64,000 nucleotides of DNA, taken from the NCBI RefSeq assembly GCF_037042905.1, contig NC_087251.1, forward strand, positions 29,638,001 through 29,702,000, given 5' to 3'. Of this stretch, positions 52,051-64,000 are shown in pieces. The notes beneath the pieces are model-generated. The model worked only from the letters and a program-made list of their open reading frames with translations, was not told the origin of the DNA and ran no database searches. The translations under genes were made by a program, and so were the position numbers. This DNA comes from Lytechinus pictus. Lineage: Eukaryota. How positions within the stretch are numbered: the first letter of the stretch is position 1; each line of letters begins with the position of its first letter.

Positions 52051-54999
52051 ATTTGATGGTGATGTTAAGGGTGTTCCATTATTTTGTGTACTTTTGTTGG
52101 ATGGCAATAATCTGGCTTAGTCCTCCATCTGTTAAAGTTTACTTGTTTGTTCATTGTGTCACTGAGGAATTTCGGTTTACCAGAAATATCAGGAAATTGA
52201 TATTATTATTTGCATACGATTTGCTCAGAAACTATAGCTACAGCATTTGGAGATGGTTGCCATCCTTAGAAGATTTATCAAAGAGGAAAGAACAGAAAAT
52301 GGATGCTTCATCCTGAAGCAGCAACTGGATTCAGCAAGAACATCTAATCACGATTCCTGTATCTGATAAAGATGTCTATATAGACTTTAAGCCTTTATCA
52401 TGACTTTATGAATGGCTTTCATGTCGCTCGTATGGGCAAATGCTCATTGGTACTCTCATTAACCATGCCCAGAGATCTCGTGATCCAAGCAAGTAGGCCT
52501 ACTCATATTCACCACCAAGACACTGGGTGTGACATCTTGTGCTGATCACTTGACAATCGTAAGAAACGCAAAAAAAACTCTACAAAAGTCTAGAAGAGAG
52601 CAAGACTTTGATGGAAATAATGAAGCATTCAAGCAGTGGGGTTCATGTAGAATATGAGTGAGGTAACTGCTCATAAAAAAGTCAATATCAACCAAGCAAG
52701 AAGTGTAGGGAAGGTCATCATGGTTACACGTAATCTGCATGGAATTTTAGAGCAATGTATCACGTATGTGTTTCCTTGAATATTTATAACATGTCGGATG
52801 CTTATTTGCATAATATGTAAATTACACTTCAGATATTAAGCTGATTATTAATGTATTAGGCATTCTTAGTGAACACATCATATTGATCTAGACTGAAATG
52901 TTTTCATAACTGTTTGTGTAAGAAATATCAAATTTTCTGGGTTTTTACCCAATATAAGGATGCTTATATATATGGAAATGAGGTAGATTTAATTACGATT
53001 TTTTTTTTTTAAATTAAAAAAATAAATGAATTTGTAAAACTTATCATTAGCTTCCGTTCAATTTATATTGTTTTCTGCACTTGATTTCCAACATTTGGAT
53101 TATTTTCCTTATTTGCAACTTATTATGGCTAATTTGCATAAAATGCAAATTTTGTGATTGTCCTATGGTTGTATATTTTAGGACTTTTGATATGGTGTTT
53201 AGGAAACCTTCCTGTTAGGCATTGCCATGTTCCAATTTTCAATAAATAATCTACTTGAAATTTTTGAGGGATGCTACCAGTGTATTTTCTTGAATATTTA
53301 TAACATGCTAGATACTTATTTGCATAATATGCAAATTACACTACAGACACTAAGCTGAATATAAATGTGTTCAATGTCCTTAGTGATACATGTAGCAGCA
53401 TGTAAATTTCAAAATTAATGAATGAATTAATGTTTTCAAGCAGTCAATGTGAGAAAAATCACAATATCTTGAATTTTTTTCCACACAAGGATGCTTATTT
53501 GCATATTATGCAAATGAGGTAGATTTGTTGGCACTTTTGATTAAAAACATTGAATACAGTTATTTATCATGAATTTTCGCTCAAATTAAATTGTTTTGGA
53601 CTCTTGATTTCTAATCTTTGGACTATTTTCCCAATTTTTCTAACTTTTTATAGCTAATTTGCATATGCAAATTTCTTAAATTTCCACTGCTTGGATTTTT
53701 TGGGACTTTTAGTATGTTGTTTAGGGGACCTTCCTGGAAAGCATTGCAGTGGAATATCCAGTGTTGCAATTAGTGATGGTCAAACCCTATATTGACTGGA
53801 CTATATCTAGCAGAGATGAACTTTGAATTTCCTTTGTTCTCACATTTTTCCACTCTGCTTGGGAATCCTTTTCTCTAAAAGCTGTACACCAGACATTTTA
53901 CTCTGGTAGCTTTATTTTGGTCCTTAGTCTAAAAGCCTCTTCTATCTCTTCTTTCATTTGTAGGGGTTCTTTGGTTCACATACCAGTACACACAAGCCTT
54001 TCCTTATCTCTTTCCCCTGTGGTGCTTGTGGATGGACTCTCTGTTTTCTGGTTGTAATGGTAGTGACTTGTCAACTTCTTCTGCTGCTTCACTAACACTA
54101 GCTGTCTCCTTAATTTTTTGCATATCTAGCAGGGGTGAACTTTCAGTTTCCTTTGTTTCCATTCCCACAATATTGCCTTTCATTCTATCTGAAGGCTCTT
54201 ATTTTCTCTTTTTCTAGTGCGCTGTAATTCAAAGTTCCAAATTGTGAGGCTTGGAAAGTAGCTACTTTGAAACCTCCCTTATTGTTGGGCCCTTCTTGTC
54301 TTGTACTCTTGTACCCTATCTCTTATATACACATGAACTCAATAACTACTTAATGACTGAGCATGACTGCTTAGTTTGGAGTCACAATCACAACTGACTT
54401 TATTCTCCACTAAACTTCAACATACCATACACCCTACATGGTTGCATAATATTCTCTGAGTGGCATGGTGATTATGGAAGTATAAACCTGATGGAAAAAA
54501 CAACAGGTTGCTTATGATGGGGGTATTGAATACAGTATGGTCAATGTTTACATAGTAGGTCTGGAGGATGGAGACAGGCAAAACAAACTGAATAACTGAT
54601 CAAAACAATTTTTTGTAAAAAAAATAGGTGAGATTATAGGAGTATAAAGCACAAAGGTAAAAGAAAATTGAAGGAAGAGTATAAGTGAAGTATAAGAAGA
54701 CTGAATGTTGAAAGATAAAAGATTCCAAAGTCATATGGAAACAAATAGAAACTATAAACCTGTAGTTTTAAAGTTCAACTGAATTCTGAAAATATTAAGA
54801 GGCAGAGAGTTCAATTTCAGTATGAATAAGCTATAGAGATGCAAAGGTGTGATGTTAATAACAAACTCATGAACTGTTCACATCGGAGTGTGAGAATGGA
54901 ATTAGAGATATTGAAGTTTTGTTTACTCACAATAATTACTTGTCATTCAAATTAAAGGATTCCCACTGTCATAGCAACTGAGACGGCTGGGTTCTCTAT

Positions 55000-56250
55000 G
55001 AACGACGGTGTGGTTGAGGAGCTATTATCATTTAGGTGCGGTTTGAGGAGGCACATAATCGTCCTCGATGTCGCTACCTATGTCATTATCCCTTAGGCGT
55101 TCACCATGTCCGTGGAATCACTTCACCTTAGACAAGCGACACATTATTTTGGATGATTTTGACACACTTTCTCTTAATACCGACAACCTTCCATAGGTGT
55201 GAATCATATCGTGGGGTCATTTTATGTGACCTGAGTCGTAATACGATCACCTGATCTCCCATGACCTTGCTTTATCAGCATCGCTCATTTTTTGTTTGTA
55301 GACAAAATCAGCCGTCTAGCTCTTCTTTATTCTTTGCTCATTTTCGGTTTTGTCACTGATGGCATTTTGGTGCGAAAACCGCCATTGCATAGAAGGTGAG
55401 CTGGGGTCACTTTCGTAGCAGTATGGGGAATGGTTCGATACACAAGTAGGGGTCTCTTCCTTCTTGTTGAGCTCGTCAAAGAGCATGAAGAACTGTCACG
55501 TTGAATCGCTCTACTGTTTTGTTTGCTTGCGGATGATCAGTGTCACGCATCGATGTTTATACCGTTGTGACGTAAGTACTCTGCAAATTCAGCGGACACA
55601 AATTGCAGACCACTATCAGTTATGATGGTGTCGGGAAGACTGTGTGTTGCAGAAATGCATCTTAGACATGTGATAACGGACTCTGTTGTCGTCGAGGTGA
55701 GGATTTCTACCTCGAGCCATCTCAAGGCGTTGTTGATGACCACCAAGAGAAATTTCCCATTTGGAAGCAGACCGCACAAATCGATATGAACAGTATGCCA
55801 TGGCTGTGTTAACATATTGGTTGGGCTTATCGGTTCTTTTTTCGGAGGAGTGGACTTGACTTGAAAATCATGGCAATGTAGGACCACGTTTTCGGTGTCA
55901 TCAATGATGTGGGACCACCACACCTTTGTGCGGAGTGCTTGCTTGCTTGGTGAGCCTTGTTTGCTATATCCTTAATGAGTTTTTGTAATGATCGGGGCAT
56001 AACTACACGGTGATCACGCAGAAGTACCCCATTCTTCACGGTGAGCTCATGTCTGATCTTGTAAAAGGCCGACATGTTGTCATTCAACCACGTGTTCGAC
56101 TGAATGTTTGCAGTAACACGCTGAAGTTCAGTATAGGCTGATGTCACGTTTTCAATTTTGCTCTGTGTCATTGCTCGAGGAACCGTGTATGTCAATGTAG
56201 TCCTCTGCGATGTCGCATTCACGTCGCGGTGCATTGACCATGGGAAGATG
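55000..56250 (-). mobile_element. decayed Gypsy/Ty3 LTR retrotransposon integrase region
   Basis: FYKIRHELTVKNGVLLRDHRVVMPRSLQ..AHQ; PWHTVHIDLCGLLPNGKFLLVVI..WLEVEIL..LPDTIITDSGLQFVSAEFAEYL; frameshifted. Confidence 0.85.
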
Positions 56251-56269
56251 AACTAAAGGGTCAGCAGGA

Positions 56270-58760
56270 TTACCTTTCCCTGGTACATGTTTGATCTGGT
56301 TGAGGTTGATAAACTGTAGAGATGAATAGACTCAATGGGTGTTTGAATATCTTTGCCTTCCTTGGCCTTCCATCCCTGGCCCATCTCCCTATCTCTTGCC
56401 AGTTTGTCGGTACATCGCATGGCACACCCCAATGAAAAATAACATCAACATCGGGTAAATCTATTCCGAGGCCGAAGGCAACAGTTGCAATCACACAGTG
56501 AAGTTGATTTCCTTGCTGAGGATGGGCTCTTGTTATTTTGGCTTGACTGGTTTGATCAATACTGGCATTTTGCATTATATAACTCAAACGAAGATTCTTG
56601 CCATCTGATTGGTTGAAAGGTGTTCAATATTTGGTCCATTCTTTACTGCGTGCATTTTGTAATTTTCCATTGCACGGTGACCGTGCATTTTTTATTTTTC
56701 CATTGCACGGTACGCGCGCTAGCGCTCCCTCAGTATAATCATGTGTATGTCTACTTACCTTTGTGTGTATGTGTGTGTGTGTGTGTTTGTGCGCATGAAG
56801 TTAGCGCAGATCAAACTGACTGCGCACTCGACTCAGATCCATGAAGCAATGCGCGTCACAAACATGAAAGCAAAGGGCTGATGAGCTGTTGATACATTGT
56901 GTAATCCACCGACTAGCAATTATCAGAGAAAAGGAGTTGCTGGAAATAGGCCAACCTAATATTTATCTTTTTTATTCCTTTTTTACATTTTTAAAAACTT
57001 TGTAACTTATATGAGTTATATAAAACAAATAATGAATGTAAATATTTGTGCAATGGAAAGAATATTTACGTTCGATGAAATATTAAAATTTCCATTCAAC
57101 TCGGCTAACGCCTCGTTGAATGGAACTTAACATCTTTCATCTCATGAAAATATTCTTCCCATATTGCACGCATACACATTCATTATTTGTATACCATCTT
57201 TCTCCAGGAGGGTCATGCCCCATTTCAGCCTCAATTCATCTGAGCATGCTTTGAGCAACTCTTTGTTCATCCCTGCAACAAATACACCTCTTCTTAGGCA
57301 TTGTCGTGACTCCACTTCTTTGATCAGTTTCACAAACTTCTCATCAACTCTAGAGGTGAATAGACTACATGGGGGTTTAAACATTCTGGCCTACCCTACC
57401 ATCCCTGGCACATCTTGCCAGTATGTCATGACGTCACAGGGTACACCTGAATGAAATATTATATCAACATCAGACAAATCTATTCCGAGGCCGAAGGCAA
57501 CAGTTGCAATCACACAGCAAAGTTGATTTCCTTTGCTGAAAAAGGGTTCTTGTTATTTTGGCTTGACTGGTTTGATCAATACTGTTATAATACATTTCAC
57601 ACAATCTTTCTCCAAGAGGCTCATGCCCCATTTCAGCCTCAATTCATCTGAGCATGCTTTGAGCAACTCTTTGTTGGAACAAATAAGTTTTTGAGTACAC
57701 CTCTTCTTAGGCATTGTCGTGACTCCACTTCTTTGATCAGTTTCACAAACTTCTCAGCAACTCTTGAGATGAACAGACTCGATGTGTGTTTTAATATCTT
57801 TGCCTTCCTTGCCCTTCCACCCATGGCCCATCTCCCTATCTCTTGCCGGTATGTCAATACACCACATGGTTCATCCTAATAAAACACAATATCAACATCT
57901 GGTAAATCTCTTCCTAGACCAAAGGGGACAGTTGTGATGACACAGCGAAGTTGGTTTCCTGGCCGAGAAAGGCCCTTGTTATCCTTGCTTGACTGTTTTT
58001 ATCCATACTCGTATGGTACATTTCACAGAGTCGATTTCTAGGTGGATTATGCCCCAATTCTCCCTCGATCCATCCCCAGCTGTCTGTCACTTTCATCACA
58101 CTCCTGTATTAAAAAAAGAAATGGCTTGTTCAATCGAAAAATTGATTGGTTATTCTGCATGCTACACAGGTAAGAACATTCTGCACTGATCTCCTTTGAC
58201 AGACACTCATTGAAATCATTACGTAGAAGTGGTGATGATGTCACATGGTGAACGACAGTGTGGAGATCACCTCGATCCAAAGCCGTATGTAGTTCATTTA
58301 TCATTACAGAAGTTGGCAGTGTGGGTTTAAGCACTTGGTGTTTAAGTCCGAGATACTACGCACTTCTATGAGGTAAATTTAATTTAGCAAGGGGTTATGG
58401 TGATAGTCATTAAGATGATTCATTTGTCTGTAAGGAAATGGTTTCTCAATAAGCAGAAAAGAAATTAATGAACAAAAATTCTTACAGTTACACGTACCTC
58501 TTCTCTTGTTTTTTCTTTGAATTGGAGCTGCTTTCTCTTGACTGTTGGGGCACATATGCTCGGATTAATTGACAAAGGGCTTGTTGCTGCTGTTGACTTT
58601 CCACTTCCAGACCGTTTCTGCTGCCTCATCAATTTGGATGGGCTTTCAGTGATCATCCGCTTAACTCGTCTTTCCGGTAGATCTTCATCATCTTGATTTG
58701 CATAGACCACAAATCTTCTTGCATGAAAAATCTGTGTTTCTTTCAGATAACTCATTTAAC
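56270..58760 (-). pseudogene. tandemly triplicated RecQ-type SF2 helicase C-terminal fragments plus upstream ORF remnants; AcademH-like transposon relic
   Basis: CVIATVAFGLGIDLPDVDVIFHWGVP..WQEIGRWARDG (helicase motifs V-VI), ESRQCLRRGVLKNLF; ~410-bp unit repeated; stops and frameshifts present. Confidence 0.7.
56574..57190. mobile_element. non-autonomous element with subterminal hairpin (Crypton-V-like) inserted into the helicase repeat
   Basis: TTATATAACTCA / TGAGTTATATAA inverted pair; ACAAATAATGAATG / CATTCATTATTTGT; hairpin TTCCATTCAACTCGGC..GCCTCGTTGAATGGAA; flanks rejoin to match the neighbouring helicase unit. Confidence 0.55.
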
Positions 58761-60054
58761 TTTGAGGAGATTTCATCCTCAACCATGCAATATTTTTTAA
58801 ACTAAATTACGTTTCTATTGCACACACAACACACACGGTCAGTTGCTCTGGGACGTCCTCTTCCCGGCCGTATCACGACGGGTTTTGTAGGGGTAACGTT
58901 AGGTATGTTGATCTTACCAGCAAGCAGCATCATGACATGGACTCGAAACTTGTTGAAATGGAATGCGAAGATAAATCATACTGTCTGAGCTAACTAATGT
59001 CCAATAATTTATCAGATCGTCTTAGCGTGGCCCATCGAACACAAATATACATCCAAAACTTCCTATAATTCAGTGGAAAATTGATCATTCAATGCTTGTA
59101 ATTGAAACGTGAAAACTCCAACTCCATCGAAAGTGTTCACACACGTGTTCGCAAAATCAGCTGTGTTTTGGAAATAAATTTGTCTTAGTCTTTATCTCTG
59201 TACGTATTTCCGTCTAATATATGACACCCGAACAACATAGAGTACTTTTTAGCATCTAGTCCATGATTTCGCTCTGTTTTCTTCTAGAGAATGACTTTAT
59301 CAAAGACTAAACAAAACTTCGCGGGACAGAGGGAAAGATTCGTCCACAATTGAGCGAAGAGACGGGGGTGAAAATAGGGATACGTTCCATATTATTCTTC
59401 AAAATAGATATTCAATACAATACAATACAATTTCTCTAATACCAGATTTTTTACAAGAAATGTGAATACTGCTTTTGTCAGAAAATGATTTTTCAATGCA
59501 TTAAAAAAAAAAAGAATCTTCCACAATTAAATCGATCCCCTGCAAAATAGTGGACTATTCCAAACCACGGACGAAACAGCTTTGACATTTCATTGGTCAA
59601 TTTACGAGGTGACCGTTAAATATTCATGAGCTCATCTATATTCATTAGGAAGACGTGCCTCATGAATATATAACTCGGCACAGATGTCAAGAGGCCCTGG
59701 CTCGCGTCAGGCTAAGCGCTTCGCGAATTAGGATATCCCTCGCTTTGCTCGGGAAGCAACCAGGGCCTCGACAAGAGGCTAACCGTGACCCGGATGAGAC
59801 AAAGCTTTGGAGGGGCACAGTATTGTTCACAAACAATACAGTGCCCCTCAAATCATTGTCTCCTCCAGGTCACGGTCCGCCGCTGGGCCAATGTGTAACA
59901 TAATAACATTGAGTGCTTGATTCGAAAATGAAGGTAATTGCAAAATGTATCTCTTTAAAAGTTTCACTTAGCATTCATTACACACCATGCATATAGAAGC
60001 ACTAGTTTTGTGCTTATTTATTTTTCTTAGTACTTAAGCAAAACAACAATTTTC

Positions 60055-60360
60055 AATATCTGAGCATGCTTTAAGTGAATCTTTGTTCATCCCTGGAACA
60101 AATAGGTTTTCGAGCACACCTCTTCTTAGGCATTGTCGTGACTGGACTTCTTTGATCAGTTTCACAAACTTCTCATCAACTCTAGAGGTGAATTCTGGCC
60201 TTCCCTACCCTACCATTCCTGGCACATCTCCCCGCATGGTACATCTCGCATAGTCGATTTCCAGGTGGATCATGTCCCAGTTCTCCCTCGATCCATTCCT
60301 AGGTGTCTGTCACTTTCACCACACTCCTGTATTGAAAAAGGAATGGTTTGTTCAATGGAC
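60055..60360 (-). pseudogene. fourth, deleted copy of the RecQ helicase fragment
   Basis: Near-identical blocks to 57240-57420 and 58030-58135 (CTTCTTAGGCATTGTCGTGACT..TTTGATCAGTTTCACAAACTTCTC). Confidence 0.7.
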
Positions 60361-61630
60361 TCGAGATACAAAAGGAATGTAAGTGGATATGATAAAGTAT
60401 TGTATTTGATTTATATTTTCATGTTTGGTTCTTTTTAAAGGCAAATATCGTTGTAATGTCAAATTGATTTTAAAAGCAAGAAAATAAGGAAACCATATCT
60501 TTGGAGATTTAGTGAAAAACCATCAAAATGATAACTGAATTATGTTTTATTTATGTGACATCACTTGTGAGCTGCCCCATTGAGTCCTGAGTATCATGAA
60601 TGACATAAGTTGCTATTCATTTACATGGTGAATGAATTAAATGCATGTATGAAATATAGCATATCAGACTGTGTGTCTCCTGCACATTCATTTAAAGATC
60701 ATTTAAAATTCTTAATATTAATGGAATTTTTCAAAGTTTTCTTCTCATAATCTGGCTTAGCCTTGTTGGTGTTAGCCTTCTCTTGATATTTTCTTAACTT
60801 TCGGGTTTGCCATACCCAAGACAGGGCCTTCGAGATGTACCCAGAAGTTTGCATTTTAAAAAAGGGTTTGGCGGGGGCATTACGTCTGCCTCATTTCACT
60901 TTGAAAATCTCTCCATATCAGCTACTTACTTGACTCCCAAGTCCTTCCAAAAAGAATGATTTCTCTATTCCCTTCTCCATTCTTAATTCTTTCAGCACCT
61001 AAATGAGCTTCATTTTCAGAAAGTTCTGTTTCGCGGACTAACAATGCTTCTGTTTTGCAGACGCTTCTTGCATCTCTTGGTACTCTTCTTGAGCCATCGT
61101 AGCATTTCATTTGATTTCTCTTACTCTATGTTCTTTTTCCTTGCAAGAGAGTTTTGCTTGCACAGCGTCTGCCTTCTTTTTCAGCTCTAACATTTCCAGC
61201 TCGAAGGACTCTTTGGAACTGCACTTTGTTGCCTGGCTCGCAAGAGATCTGCATTCTTCCTTCTCTTTTCTCTCCATTGAAAAGCTTTTAGAACATTTAT
61301 TCAGCTTGACGCTTAAATGTATTTGAATGTATTGTGGCTGCCTCTAGTTATTCAATTAACTAGAAGAGTTTCCAAATCTAAGTCACATATAAAAATGGAT
61401 CGGAAACTCCTCATCTATGAGACAAATCTTTGGAAACTCCTCTAGATAATTACCTAAGTAGAGGCAGCCACACATTGTAGTTTTAACAAATATGTATTTG
61501 AATATGTAAGCATAGCAGCAGGACTCTCTTGTATTCTCGTTCCTAGAATTATAAAGTGAAATAGCACATGCTTGTACTTTGATATTGGGTGGGAGCATAA
61601 ATATGTGAACAGACTTCATCCCACAACTCA

Positions 61631-61786
61631 GGCCCATTTCATAAAGGACTTGCAACTGTTGTAACTTTGTCATTATGGCAACTACCATGGAAACCTTGAT
61701 TATGATTGGCTGCTGAGGCCTGTTGCCATGGTAGTTGCCATTATGACAAAGTTACAACAGTTGCAAGTCCTTTATTAAACGGGCCC
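61631..61786. mobile_element. Harbinger-like palindromic MITE
   Basis: ~58-bp near-perfect arms GGCCCATTTCATAAAGGACTTGCAACTGTTGTAACTTTGTCATTATGGCAACTACCATGG and their reverse complement. Confidence 0.8.
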
Positions 61787-64000
61787 CAGATCTCCTTTGG
61801 TTTGGATGGTATGTACATTTCTCTTTTTGTTGGTGCCTGTTTTGACAATCTAACTTTCTCTGGCATAATACAAATGCAATGAGGAGGGAATCTTTAACAT
61901 TGACAGTGTTTATTTTTTAAACATTGTTGAGCAACAATAGGTACAGTTTGGCTTGTTGAAGCCTTATGTAGTATCCGTAACACTGATCTGTAGTGTCTGT
62001 GCACATTACATTTATACCCTTGCTGTTCAAACGAACAGGTGTGATGCATTGTATTTCCGTTCTACATTGCATCTGGCTGATATTCTGAAAATAAAATAAC
62101 AGTAAGTCAACTTACGCCTCATTACAATGTATACAAAACTAGTTACCATCAACATTGTGACATTTAAAAAAATACATTTTAGATTAAAGCCAAATTATTT
62201 ATATAGCTATTCTTTCCAAAGAAGCATGACTCATGTTCCTTTTCACATAATAACCACTGTATCACAATTTGTTGGTCAAGTAAAAGGATACTTTAATAAT
62301 TGGAATTGAATAGACTATATTCTATAAGATGGCATGACAAGATATTGCGTATCCTTTGTTCTTTTCCTGTGACAACAAATCCAAAATGGCATAATTTCAG
62401 AGTGCAAATGTGTGACAGCCCAAAAGTGGTATTCTTTGCCCCATTTGACTATTCTCACACAGCCAACACACATACCCCCCCCCCCCCGAACGAGGCGCTC
62501 AGCTAGTTTGTCAATTGCGCCTTGATCAGCCACTCAGCAACCTTTTTACCGTTTTGCGCCGAGGCCGAAAGATCATGAATTGTCTCTCCTTTTTAACCGG
62601 ATTGTCTTTTTCATCCATTATAACAATATAGGTGAGGGAATGAATCCTTATTAAAGTAAAACAAGGCTAGACTATCAACGGCACATGAAGTTTCTTCTGC
62701 CCCCCAAATCGCCCCCTTCCCATCTTCGTCTACATCAGACATGGTTTAGTTGTAAGAGTCCACAGTTTTTCCCGAAGATCCTCAGGTTCAGTCGAGCATG
62801 TGATGCAACGCATGTCGCACAACATACAAAATGCAAATTAAACACACACTCATCGGAAATACAAACTATACTGTATGATGAGTGTGTGACAATTTGCATG
62901 CAGCGCGCTATTATCTACGGAAGTGCTTGAAAGGTCTCATAAGCTCCGCCCCCAAAAAAGATTTTTGGAGGTCAAGACTTTCACAAGAGTAACAGCTTAA
63001 AACTGAGGGAGTACATGTAGCTTCATTTGTAACAGATTGTCTGACCTGACTGTATGCAGTTTCACAAATTGGATTTATGTGAAAGGAGAAAAATAGATTG
63101 ATGAAAAACATAGGTGACGATTTTGTGAGAATTTTGATCACAAGTGGGGATCAACCCCCCCCCCCTCCCGGATTGCCGCTAATGGTGAAATTCATATTTT
63201 GTTTGTTTGTCATATTTTGATGACACATTTACCCGTTTACTATAAACAAATTGTCTTTTTCTTTGAATGATGTTTTAAAACGATTTTAAATGCAAGCTAT
63301 GTGAACACTTAACTATGTAGCTTCTCATGAATAAAATGTTTTTGCCATGTACATAATTCATACATTTTTTTGTTGTCTACTTTTTTATTGTCTCTTGGTA
63401 ACATAATATTATATGTAGATGTATATCCTATACAGGTAACTTGGACTGTATTCTGATGCCCAGATTGACTTTAATAGGCGATGGTCTATCCAAGCAGATT
63501 CCACTTGCCTTGGTCTTACTCTGAGGTTATGGGAAGCCAAAACTTTCAAATTTGTTGTTGTATTTTGTTTATTTTTACTGTGCTCTTTCAAGCTATAATT
63601 TTGAATAAAATTGGGGTTTTTCCCCCAGGCAGTTAAATGATTGGAGTGTCAAATACCGTAACTCAACCGCAAATTAAGTCTACATAATTTTTTTATATTG
63701 AACCCGTACTCATTACTGTATATTTGTGTCACAATTGGCTATCCATAGCTAAACTGGAAATTAAGTCTACATTAAATCTGAGTTCAGAATACCGGCCAAT
63801 GTCTTTTTTATGCATTACAAATTTTTAGTTTTTGTCCTAAGGTTTGCAGACAAATTGATCATCACTGTACTTTACAATACCATGTCAATATGTAAATGTG
63901 GACAAATATTATTTTGCACTCAACTGTAAATCTGTCCAGTCTATTGTAACAAAGTGACATTTTCATCCATGCGTCTTATACACAAATATTGTTTTGTTGT

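Larger units (their letters stand above)
47724..53803. mobile_element. Academ-like DNA transposon (long TIRs, TAG...CTA termini, 3-bp TSD TAT), no intact ORF
   Basis: TAT|TAGTCCAGTCAAT...ATTGACTGGACTA|TAT; inverted identity of several hundred bp (47760-48090 vs 53450-53775), with internally duplicated TIR blocks. Confidence 0.75.
46500..54150. repeat. three-copy ~330-bp tandem repeat pulled apart by transposon insertions
   Basis: Unit TTTTCCACTC..CTTGGGAACCCTTTTCTCTAA..TAGCTTTATTTTGGTCCTTAGTCTAAAAGCC..CATATCTAGCAG; copies at ~46505-46825, ~46826-46860+47471-47720+53804-53845 and ~53846-54150. Confidence 0.75.

Noticed and set aside
52100..52740. Possible Academ transposase remnant inside the TIR element
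   Set aside because: Only weak motif-like scraps amid many stops; cannot be supported without a search

Overview
AT-rich, intron-containing animal genomic DNA. The SINE and MITE styles suggest a sea urchin or other echinoderm; this is inference and was not tested. Two protein-coding genes can be assembled by hand on the + strand. The first is a 131-aa fatty-acid-binding protein (FABP/iLBP) gene with two coding exons (13952-14785). The second is a 10-coding-exon, 396-aa RBM34/Nop12-type nucleolar two-RRM gene (29864-44803), whose last intron is a minor-spliceosome U12 AT-AC intron (44211-44635). The rest is mostly transposable elements. Retroelements include a near-intact 5'-truncated CR1/L2-group LINE, a HERO-type RLE LINE tail, an L2 LINE with an open endonuclease ORF but the whole RT core deleted in frame, decayed LINE and Gypsy pieces, and a tRNA-derived SINE. 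DNA elements include a decayed Sola2 transposase, tandem RecQ-helicase fragments (AcademH-like) and many non-autonomous elements (Academ, Sola2, hAT, Kolobok-like, piggyBac-like, Harbinger, CACTA, Tc1/pogo-like) with readable TIRs and TSDs, several nested 3-4 levels deep. No rRNA, true tRNA or CRISPR was found. All family assignments come from motif recall, not database searches.
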